Source: Rhodothermales bacterium (GTDB taxonomy: Bacteria > Bacteroidota > Rhodothermia > Rhodothermales > VXPQ01). From it: 64,000 nt of DNA. Numbering within the stretch: position 1 is the first letter of the stretch; each line of letters begins with the position of its first letter. The stretch is from assembly GCA_965232485.1 (NCBI GenBank), contig OZ246975.1:936959-1000958 (forward strand), read 5' to 3'. Position numbers and translations under genes: made by a program. This document shows, one piece after another, positions 1 to 7,934 of this stretch. The notes beneath the pieces are model-generated. The model was not told the DNA's origin and searched no databases. It saw only the letters and a program-made list of their open reading frames with translations.

Positions 1-2017
1 AGTCGAGCCCGTAGATGGGGTCGCGCGAAGACTCGGCGCTCTGATCCCACGCCAGCGTGACTTTCTTATCGCCTGGAACGGCGGTCAGGAAGGGCGTGCG
101 GGGCGGTTTGGCGAAGTTATAATCCGAGTCGTAGATGTTTTGCATGGTCCGCTTGTTGCGTAACATGTCCTGGAAATCATTGCCGCAGAAGAAGGCGATG
201 GAGAAACGTTGCTCCTGCCCGCGCCGGATGGAACTCAAACCGGCGGAATAAACATAGATGATATCGGCGGTTTCGGTGGGAGTAATGAAGACGCCTGGCT
301 GGATATACTCCTCCCAAAACAGGGGGTCGTCGTCAATATCGCGATCAAACTCGGCCGGGGTGCGAATGACCATCCCCGTCAGGCCGATCTGATCGATCTC
401 GTCGTTGTCGGTAAATTCAAAATTGGGTTCTCCGGGATCGGGACGACCGTTGGCCTCCGTACCGTCGGGGTCGGGGCCGGGATAGTTTTCGTTTTCCGGC
501 CCCAGGCCGTCCGAGCCTGTATCGTCATTGATCGGCTCAATGGTCAAGCGGCCATCTCCGTTGAGGTCTTCGCCAGAATCGAGGATAAAGTTGTTGTTGA
601 CGTCTTCGTTGTCATAGACGCCGTTGCCGTCCACATCTTCCCACGGGCGCCAGTCGCCATCGTCGTCGATCCCGTTAGCCCGGCTCTCGTCCACCAGATT
701 ATCGCTGTCATTGTCCAGACCGTCGCGAGGCAGTCCAGGGCTTTCCAGAAATCCAACCCCGCCATAGCCTACCTTGAATCCGTTGACAATCAGATCCTGT
801 TTGTACCACTGATACGTAATGTCGTCGACCGTGTCGAAAAACGCCGCGTTATTCGAGGTGCGGCCGGCGATATCGTAATCGACGATCATTGAGATAATGG
901 CCGTCGGAATATCGAATCGACTGACATTCTTGACGTCGAAGGTCGCAATAAAGATGTCCTCGGCCAACACGCTGGCCCATTGGTACTGACGCGCCTTCAC
1001 CTCAACGCCCAATCCGCGGCGGCCGCCCTGGGCAAAGCCCCGACGATCCGGTTGACCAGTGGCCGGATCCAGGAACGGGTAATACGGGAAATCGTCGTTG
1101 TCGCGATCGTCCACCACATAGTACGACTCCTGGTCGCCGCGCACAAAGGCCCCGAAAGCGCCGTTCCAGCGCCCGGAGCGCACGCCGGGTCCGGGATCGC
1201 AGGCGGCGCCCTGCTCGAACGTGCAGGCGGCGCGCTGGTCGCCCACATAGGACCTGGGCGGCCAGAAGGCAGGCCAGGTATTGCGCAAGTTGGACTGTGC
1301 GGCGTACTCCACGTCGTTGAATAACTCCAGGTCCAGGACCTTGTTGTTATTGATATCTTCCCGAGGACCCAACATGCCGTCCCCATCCACGTCCTCGCTT
1401 AAGCCGCCGACGTAGTAGAAACCCGTCTCATCAAGCAACCGGCGGTCGTCCGGGTTGTTGTTCAGACGATTGCGGGTAGCCGGATCGCCGTTCATGTTGT
1501 AATATCCCGGCAGGGGCGTGAAGAAAAATTTGTGGCTGCCAGTGGGGTGCTGGTCGCCCCCGCTTCGGTTGTAACTCTCTGAGATGATTCGGAGGCTATC
1601 GCCCTGCTCGCTAACAACCTTCCCCCCGACCACAAAACTCATGGTATGCCCGTACTCGACGCCGGAGCCTTTGGGCCAGATGATAAACCGGGGCGTCACG
1701 GAGCCGCCCCAGTATCCGGCAGAGATGTTCACATTGTTCACATAGGGAACCTGAATGAGATTACCGGTGCCCACTGCTCCGCGCACAAAGTTCCGGAACG
1801 ACAGCGGCGCAACCGCCCCGCTTCTGGCGGCGGCCCGTTGCGCTTCTTTTTCTATCTGGGCGATCTGCCGTTCAAGACGGTTGGCTACCTCATACGCCTC
1901 CTGCTCGACAGGCGAAGCGGCTTTCGTTTGGGCCCGCAGGTCGCCGGGTATCGTCCCCGCGACGACACAGCAGGCCAAAAGAGAAGCAACAAGCGATTTG
2001 AGAGCCGGCTTGGTCAT
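1..2017 (-). CDS. Secreted acidic-repeat protein, C-terminus off-window; homolog of the T9SS-cargo proteins of modules A/B (module C cargo)
   Basis: Not in the ORF track because it runs off the edge. I reverse-translated 2017->2 by hand and found 672 codons with no stop. The ATG at 2017 lies 7 nt after the TBDR stop. MTKPALKSLVASLLACCVVAG.. is a signal peptide. Asp-rich Ca-binding-like repeats follow (DNDSDNLVDES, IDDDGDW, DVDGNGVYDNEDVNNN, DLNGDGRL). The window end reads KPPRTPFLTAVPGDKKVTLAWDQS, matching the FN3-like start of 36781-39027 and 53371-55707. Confidence 0.7.
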   Translation of the reverse strand, partial: MTKPALKSLVASLLACCVVAGTIPGDLRAQTKAASPVEQEAYEVANRLERQIAQIEKEAQRAAARSGAVAPLSFRNFVRGAVGTGNLIQVPYVNNVNISAGYWGGSVTPRFIIWPKGSGVEYGHTMSFVVGGKVVSEQGDSLRIISESYNRSGGDQHPTGSHKFFFTPLPGYYNMNGDPATRNRLNNNPDDRRLLDETGFYYVGGLSEDVDGDGMLGPREDINNNKVLDLELFNDVEYAAQSNLRNTWPAFWPPRSYVGDQRAACTFEQGAACDPGPGVRSGRWNGAFGAFVRGDQESYYVVDDRDNDDFPYYPFLDPATGQPDRRGFAQGGRRGLGVEVKARQYQWASVLAEDIFIATFDVKNVSRFDIPTAIISMIVDYDIAGRTSNNAAFFDTVDDITYQWYKQDLIVNGFKVGYGGVGFLESPGLPRDGLDNDSDNLVDESRANGIDDDGDWRPWEDVDGNGVYDNEDVNNNFILDSGEDLNGDGRLTIEPINDDTGSDGLGPENENYPGPDPDGTEANGRPDPGEPNFEFTDNDEIDQIGLTGMVIRTPAEFDRDIDDDPLFWEEYIQPGVFITPTETADIIYVYSAGLSSIRRGQEQRFSIAFFCGNDFQDMLRNKRTMQNIYDSDYNFAKPPRTPFLTAVPGDKKVTLAWDQSAESSRDPIYGLD

Positions 2018-2024
2018 AGTCAGC

Positions 2025-4934
2025 TTAGAAATTCACCGTTACGGCGACAAGTACCCGGCGCGGCGCCGAGAACCTGGTCGCAACGTTGTCATCTTCCGCG
2101 CGGGTAAATAACCCCACAAAATCGCGGACCAGGTCTCGTTCGGCCTGAATCAGCGGCAGTCGAACAATCTGGTCGGCCCGCCCGGAAATCGCATCGACGG
2201 AAAGCTCGTTCAAGCGGTTAAACACGTTGTCGACCTGGACGCGTAACCCATAAGCCGCGCCTCCTATCCTGAAACGTTTCTCAGCACGCAGGTCAAAGGT
2301 AAAAAGAACGGGCTTGCGTTCGGCGTTGTCAAACTCGTTGGCAGGAAAATTCACGCTCGGATCCAGAAACCCCGGCGTGTAGGGTTGGCCGGTGGCTAAT
2401 TGGCTGATGAAGCCGACGCTCCAATTGTTTTCCCTTCCGATGGTGGCTGACAGGTTGGCCGTAAGGGTCTGGTCCCAGTCCAGAAGAATGACCTGTCGGT
2501 CAACGAATAATTCTCCAACTTCACCGGCTCGGCCCGCAATCACGACGTCGGCTACGGCGGCGGGATCGGATGAACTGCCCCGCGCATCGGAATAGGTGAT
2601 ATCAAAAGACGAATGCAAAAGGACGCCGACCGGACGCACCGCCAGCGCAATCGCGCCGCCGCGCACCAGTCCATGATCGCGGTTGACGGTGCGCGTATAC
2701 TGTATGTTGTCAAGCGTGCTGAGAATCTCTACGCCCAGCAAGTTTCGGATGTTTTTGTAGAACATGCTCGCATCGACCCCCAGAAAGCTGGTGAGTTGCT
2801 GCTGCACGCCCATCTCGTACTTGATTGTTCGCTCGGGGTCAAGGTCCGAATTTCCGACGGCGCGTCCTTCCAACTGTCCCACATTGATGTCGCTAAAAAT
2901 GGGGTTCTTGAGCATCTCGTTATAGGCCGGCATTTGCACGAAATGCCCGTAGGCCACGCGCAAGGCGCCGCGTTCCGAGATCGGATACGAAATACCGAGG
3001 CGCGGACTGAGATATTTCTTCGGCGAGGTATCCTCGAAGTTGTCGGACCGCCCGATTCGATCCGTAGGGGTGCGCGGCTCGATAAGCCGTTTTGCCCGAA
3101 TGTCGTAGCGCTCGAAGCGCAGGCCGGCCTTAAGAACAAGCCGATCGCCGATTTCCAGCTTATCCTGGGCATAGACGGCAAATTCAAAAGGAGATTCTTC
3201 GAAGCGATCGTCGACCTTGTATTGCTCCAGTTCCGGCGCCAGGATCGGCTGGCGCGCCCGGATAGCCTCCAGGTAATCGTCGAAGAAGGAATAGTCGGAG
3301 GCCGAGGGATACGGAAAGTTGACAAGGAGCGAATCCGGATCGTCCCGGTAGACCCAACTGCGATCCAGATCCTCGACCACTCGCCGATCATTCCTGAACT
3401 GGACGCCAACCTTCAACTCGCTTTGTCCGGTAATTTGCCAGGTAAAATCCGAAGCCAGATAAATGCTGCGCTCGTTGCTTTGAAACGCTCCGTTGGAGGT
3501 GCCGCCAAGGCTGAACCCGGTTACCGGCGCGCTGGCGCCAAAATACTGAATGTTCGGATCGGTTATGGACGCAAACGCATACGACTCGCTATCCGTGGTT
3601 TTGTACGATCCTTGCAGCGAAAAAACCTTGTTTCTCCCAAGTGTCTGCTTGAAGGTTGCGATATGCGTCCAGGCAGTGTAATAATTTTTGGGCCGGAAGT
3701 CCGGGGCGAAGCGCTGGCTATGACTATACTGTTGTCCTTCCGACTGGTTATAAAGGAGTTGATAGGTAAGCCGCGATCGGGATGCGGGCCTCAAGACGAT
3801 CTTGGGGGCCAGCGTTAACGCCCGGCGCATACTCATATCAATGATTCGACCGTCTCCGGAAGAAAACGTGATGGGATTTCCCTGCGAGTCCCGAATCAAT
3901 GCCCCGGCGGCAGTCCGGGCCGTATCCAGCGAAATGAGTCGGGTGTCGTCGGGCTGGAAAAGATCGCGATACCACCGTTGATAAGCCGTTACCTTGACCC
4001 CGTCCTGCGCCGTGAATCGCCGCTCCCCTTTGAGATGACCGATCCGGTCCTCAAGCCGACCGGAAAAGAAAAAGCCCAACCCCCATTTTTTAACCAGCGG
4101 ACCGCTCAGAGTCACAGACAAATCCTTTGACTCGAAGGGGGTCAAGCGACCCTCGCCGATGAAAACGTCGTCGCTCCCGGACAGATAGTTCCAGGTCGAA
4201 GCTCGCAGGCTCCCTGACAGCCTTTGCCCGGGGTCACGGGTTTTTACGCTAACGACGCCGGATTGCGCGCCGCCCAATTCCGCATCGAACGTGCCCGTGA
4301 AAACCTGCACTTCCTGCACCGACTCCACTTCCACGTCCAACGTATTGCCTCCTCCCTGTCCAAATACGTCATGCACGGGCACCCCGTCGAGGAGGTAGGC
4401 CGCTTCACGGGACCGACCGCCCCGAAAGTGAAAACTCCCGCCCGAGGTGACCACGCCTGGCTGGAATCGCACGAGTTCGCTTAACTCCTGGACGGGAAGC
4501 CTTTCGATCGCCTCCTGGCTCACGTAGGAGACGCTCGTGGTCCGGTCCTTGACGACAATGGGGCGCTCGGCGCGGACGACGATTTCCTGCCCTTCGATGA
4601 TCTGTTCCTGAAGCGCCCCGTCCACCTGCGTCGTTCGCCCGGAAAAGACTTCCACGCCTTCATGCTTGAGCGTGGCGAATCCGACAAAGGACATGACCAG
4701 GGTATATTTGCCAGGCGGTACGCTTAAGATAAAATACTCGCCATCCACTCCGGTCGTCGTACCTGTATAGGTCTGCTCCTCCAGATATACACTAACCCCC
4801 GGCAGCGATTCGCCCGTCGCAGCATCGATAACCGTACCCGAAATTTTTCCGTTCGACTGGCCCCTCGCCGAAATAACAGGCGCCAGCAGAAGAAAAACAA
4901 GGCTGATGGAGCAGTACGTGGTGCGCTTCGCCAT
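2025..4934 (-). CDS. TonB-dependent receptor with CarboxypepD_reg-like N-domain (module C)
   Basis: Track ORF 2025-4979 trimmed to ATG 4934 (MAKRTTYCSISLVFLLLAPVISARGQ signal). GKISGTVIDAATGESLPGVSVYL..GEYFILSVPPGKYTLVMSFVGF is the CarboxypepD_reg pattern. A plug-like segment and a long barrel follow, ending ..AVTVNF. Paralogous to 39080-42310 and 55806-59210. Confidence 0.85.
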   Translation of the reverse strand: MAKRTTYCSISLVFLLLAPVISARGQSNGKISGTVIDAATGESLPGVSVYLEEQTYTGTTTGVDGEYFILSVPPGKYTLVMSFVGFATLKHEGVEVFSGRTTQVDGALQEQIIEGQEIVVRAERPIVVKDRTTSVSYVSQEAIERLPVQELSELVRFQPGVVTSGGSFHFRGGRSREAAYLLDGVPVHDVFGQGGGNTLDVEVESVQEVQVFTGTFDAELGGAQSGVVSVKTRDPGQRLSGSLRASTWNYLSGSDDVFIGEGRLTPFESKDLSVTLSGPLVKKWGLGFFFSGRLEDRIGHLKGERRFTAQDGVKVTAYQRWYRDLFQPDDTRLISLDTARTAAGALIRDSQGNPITFSSGDGRIIDMSMRRALTLAPKIVLRPASRSRLTYQLLYNQSEGQQYSHSQRFAPDFRPKNYYTAWTHIATFKQTLGRNKVFSLQGSYKTTDSESYAFASITDPNIQYFGASAPVTGFSLGGTSNGAFQSNERSIYLASDFTWQITGQSELKVGVQFRNDRRVVEDLDRSWVYRDDPDSLLVNFPYPSASDYSFFDDYLEAIRARQPILAPELEQYKVDDRFEESPFEFAVYAQDKLEIGDRLVLKAGLRFERYDIRAKRLIEPRTPTDRIGRSDNFEDTSPKKYLSPRLGISYPISERGALRVAYGHFVQMPAYNEMLKNPIFSDINVGQLEGRAVGNSDLDPERTIKYEMGVQQQLTSFLGVDASMFYKNIRNLLGVEILSTLDNIQYTRTVNRDHGLVRGGAIALAVRPVGVLLHSSFDITYSDARGSSSDPAAVADVVIAGRAGEVGELFVDRQVILLDWDQTLTANLSATIGRENNWSVGFISQLATGQPYTPGFLDPSVNFPANEFDNAERKPVLFTFDLRAEKRFRIGGAAYGLRVQVDNVFNRLNELSVDAISGRADQIVRLPLIQAERDLVRDFVGLFTRAEDDNVATRFSAPRRVLVAVTVNF

Positions 4935-5084
4935 GGTAACGTTATCGTGAATCAAGTCTCCGGGCCTCTCGGGGACCATTGCGGGGCATTACCGTACGGA
5001 CAGCCAGGAAAACAACGAATTCGCCAACGATTAAGAAGTTGATGTTAACGCCTGCAAGCAACAAAGTCAATAAAAATTCAGAGG

Positions 5085-5221
5085 GAGGCGGTTCGGGTTA
5101 ACCGGAGGCCCTCGACGCCCTCCTTTGCGGGACGCCTCCCTGGGTTGTTTCGACAGGAACGAGGTCGCTATCCTGCGCCTTAAAGTCCCAAAAACGCTGT
5201 CCAACAAGCCCGAACCGCCTC
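5085..5221. repeat. 13-bp perfect inverted repeat pair flanking ~111 nt
   Basis: gaggcggttcggg (5085-5097) and its exact reverse complement cccgaaccgcctc (5209-5221). The core ggttcggg recurs at 5409-5416. Confidence 0.4.
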
Positions 5222-5238
5222 TACCCTCCGCCCTCTCC

Positions 5239-5343
5239 CTTCATTGCGCTGCTTTTAACGAAGAACAGCCGCATCGCAGGCTTGACAACATGACGCCCGA
5301 CGACGTATACTACAGACGCAAACCGCCGCAGAAGGCGACATGA
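5239..5343 (+). pseudogene. C-terminal remnant of an rve/DDE (IS3/IS481-like) transposase
   Basis: The tail of ORF 5125-5343 reads AAFNEEQPHRRLDNMTPDDVYY. This fits the conserved [FY]N-x2-(R)-P-H-x2-L-x3-TP-x2-[VF] end of integrase-core transposases. No catalytic core lies upstream, so it is a fragment. Confidence 0.45.
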
Positions 5344-5481
5344 CCCACCGTTGCCCTACGCTTGAAACGACCCGCAATAACTGTCTGGATTTTCCGGACC
5401 ATTCCTGTGGTTCGGGTGCAAAACGACCTTTCGATTACGAATCACGTATCTTTAAGGATGCTCTGATTGAATCCGCAAAGA

Positions 5482-5616
5482 TTCAGAGGCTGACAGGCGC
5501 TTCGCGAACGAGACGCCGCGAATCCGCCGTGTTTTTCGCTGATTTCAACGACGCCGTCATGTCGCGCTTTACGCGTGAAAGCGAAGCGCTGATCGAGGCG
5601 GACTTGATCAAAGCGC
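5482..5616 (+). repeat. Diverged/split copy of the hairpin repeat family seen at 59399-59511
   Basis: ttcagaggctgacaggcgct (5482-5501) matches ttcagaggctgcgaggcgct (59395-59414) at 18/20 positions. gcgctgatcga (5586-5596) and ttgatca (5604-5610) match the hairpin arms of the 59399-59511 repeats. Confidence 0.35.
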
Positions 5617-5723
5617 CCTTTGCATTGCGGGGAACGCCCCTGTTAATAACCCGGAGAGCGCTTCCGGTCCATCGCGAGCATGCTAACGCCAGACGGTAGA
5701 TCCGCGACGCCATGATAAGCTAA

Positions 5724-6923
5724 ATGGAAAATCACTCGGGCGAGGAAAACAAACTACTGTTCACGCCTGGTCCGCTGACCACCAGCCGGACCATCAAAGA
5801 AGCCATGCTGCGCGATTTCGGTTCGCGCGACACGGCCTTTATCGAAACCGTGCGCCGCATCCGGCGCCAACTACTGAAGATCGCCGGCGTTTCGCAAGAG
5901 GGCGGCTACGAAGCAATCCTGATGCAGGGAAGCGGGACATTCGGCCTCGAGTCCGTCGTGTCTTCGACCGTGCCCGAAGCGGGACGGATTCTTGTCGTCG
6001 TTAATGGGGCCTACGGCGAGCGCATCGTCAAGATGGCGCGCGTCCTCGATATCGATGCCCGGACGCTGCGTTACGAAGAGAACGCCCTCCCGGACGTCAA
6101 GGAGATTCGGCGGACGCTTGCCGAGGATGCAGCAGTCACCAACGTCTGCGTCGTGCACTGCGAGACGACCACCGGGCTTTTGAATCCTGTTGAAGAGATC
6201 GGAGCCGCTGTACGCGAGAAAGGTTGTTTCTACATCGTGGACGCCATGAGCAGCCTGGGGGCGATCCCCCTCAATCCCGAGGCCGCCTGCATTGACTTTC
6301 TGGTCACTTCGTCCAATAAGTGTCTCGAAGGGGTACCCGGTTTCTCCATCGCGCTTGCCCGGCGCGATGCGCTGATCGCCACGGAGGGAGCCGCGCGCAC
6401 GTTAAGTCTCGACCTGCAGGCGCAATGGCGCGGGCTCGAAGCCAACGGCCAGTTTCGCTTTACGCCTCCCACGCACGCGATCCTGGCGCTGGAGCAGGCT
6501 CTGCAGGAATTGGAAGACGAGGGGGGCGTCAGGGGCCGCGCAGCGCGTTACCAAACCAACCACGCCATATTAATGGAGGGTATGCAACGGTTGGGATTCC
6601 GCACGTATCTCTCCCCTGATCGCCAGAGTTATATCATTACCTCTTTCTATTATCCCGACGATCCGAACTTCTCATTCGAGACGTTTTACGAGCGGTTAAA
6701 CAGAAAGGGGTTCGTCGTCTATCCCGGCAAACTCACCCAGGCCGATTGCTTCCGCATCGGCAACATCGGCCAGATTTTCCCTGAGGACATGGTCCGTTTG
6801 CTTGCCGCCATTAAGGATACGCTTAAAGAAATGGGGGTAAAGACGGGCGCCTCTTCGATCAGGTCGAGGTCCGCAAAACAGAATGAAAACGCCTCAAACC
6901 ATGAACATGTCGGGCGCCTTTGA
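5724..6923 (+). CDS. phnW: 2-aminoethylphosphonate:pyruvate aminotransferase
   Basis: 399 aa. LLFTPGPLTTS near the N-terminus and the SSNKCLEGVPGFS PLP-Lys region are typical of class-V PhnW. phnA and phnY lie in the same strand block. Confidence 0.88.
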   Translation: MENHSGEENKLLFTPGPLTTSRTIKEAMLRDFGSRDTAFIETVRRIRRQLLKIAGVSQEGGYEAILMQGSGTFGLESVVSSTVPEAGRILVVVNGAYGERIVKMARVLDIDARTLRYEENALPDVKEIRRTLAEDAAVTNVCVVHCETTTGLLNPVEEIGAAVREKGCFYIVDAMSSLGAIPLNPEAACIDFLVTSSNKCLEGVPGFSIALARRDALIATEGAARTLSLDLQAQWRGLEANGQFRFTPPTHAILALEQALQELEDEGGVRGRAARYQTNHAILMEGMQRLGFRTYLSPDRQSYIITSFYYPDDPNFSFETFYERLNRKGFVVYPGKLTQADCFRIGNIGQIFPEDMVRLLAAIKDTLKEMGVKTGASSIRSRSAKQNENASNHEHVGRL

Positions 6924-7893
6924 TCGGAGGCGGTTTTTGCAGTTGGCGGGCAGCGGCCTTATAACGGGCCTGGCCGGCCGCGCGACGGGAGCGCCTTTTT
7001 ACGATTTCTGGCGTGACGGAGCCAACCCGCCGCTGCGGTTTGGCGTGATCGCCGACGTGCATCATGGACTCATGCCGAAGGCGGAAGAGCGGCTGGAAGC
7101 TTTTCTGGAAGAGGCGGGCCGGCGCGACCTGGACTTTCTCATTCAACTGGGCGATTTCTGCCACCCGCATCCCGACGCTCGCGCCTTCGTCAAGCTCTGG
7201 GAGCAAGCCGATGCGCCGCGCTACCATGTGCTTGGCAACCACGACATGGACCTGGGCGCCAAACGACAGATCATGGACTTCTGGCAGATGGAGCAGAACG
7301 TCTATTCCTTCGATGCAGGCGCCTGCCATTTCATAGCGCTCGACTGTAATTTTTTGCACGTCGACGGCGCGTACGTGGACTACGAGCATGGCAATTTCTA
7401 CGTGGACGATGCGCTCCGCACCTTCATTCACCCCGAGCAACTTGAGTGGCTCGAAGACGAACTGGCTTCAACCAATCGGCAGACTATCGTATTTACGCAT
7501 CAGGCGCTGGATGAGATCTGGAATGGAGGACTGGCCAAAAATCGCGAGACGGTCCGCCAGATCTTCGCCGAAGCGAACAAGCAGGCCGGTTTCCAAAAGG
7601 TAATTGCATGTTTCTCCGGCCATCATCATCTGGACGCGCACAGCATAATCGACGGCGTCCATTACGTGCAGGTTAACAGCGCCTCGTATTACTGGGTCGG
7701 CGAAGGGTATGGTCGGATGGCTGCATACCGGGACCCGTTGTTCGCCTTTGTCACGGTGGGCGCAGAAGGCGTCGTCATCGAAGGTCGGCGCAGCGTTTTT
7801 ACAGATCCAACCCCGATCGACCTCGAGTTTCCCGAGGCGCATCGGCTTTCCGCCAGCCTCTCCGACCGGACGCTGGCCTTTGCGCAGCCGTAA
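6883..7893 (+). CDS. Tat-exported calcineurin-like metallophosphoesterase
   Basis: Twin-arginine signal FDRRRFLQLAGSGLITGLAG. Motifs GVIADVHHG, LGDFCH, GNHDMD and GHHHLD are present. A start at 6883 overlaps phnW by 41 nt; ATG 6901 is an alternative. Confidence 0.8.
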   Translation: MKTPQTMNMSGAFDRRRFLQLAGSGLITGLAGRATGAPFYDFWRDGANPPLRFGVIADVHHGLMPKAEERLEAFLEEAGRRDLDFLIQLGDFCHPHPDARAFVKLWEQADAPRYHVLGNHDMDLGAKRQIMDFWQMEQNVYSFDAGACHFIALDCNFLHVDGAYVDYEHGNFYVDDALRTFIHPEQLEWLEDELASTNRQTIVFTHQALDEIWNGGLAKNRETVRQIFAEANKQAGFQKVIACFSGHHHLDAHSIIDGVHYVQVNSASYYWVGEGYGRMAAYRDPLFAFVTVGAEGVVIEGRRSVFTDPTPIDLEFPEAHRLSASLSDRTLAFAQP

Positions 7894-7934
7894 ACGATAT
7901 CAGGCCGCGTTTTCTAACGCTCATAACACACAGC

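Noticed and set aside
209-892. 227-aa plus-strand ORF, with 980-1324(+), 997-1386(-), 1646-2107(+) and 1755-2111(+).
   Set aside because: All lie within the hand-verified 672-codon minus-strand gene (1-2017), which has a signal peptide, Ca-binding repeats and homology to the module A/B cargo proteins.
5620-5723. Looked for a Pho box or other recognisable operator upstream of phnW (for example ctgttaataac).
   Set aside because: I found only a single weak half-site resembling the enterobacterial CTGTCAT repeat, with no tandem 11-nt-spaced copies. The Pho-box consensus for this lineage is unknown to me.
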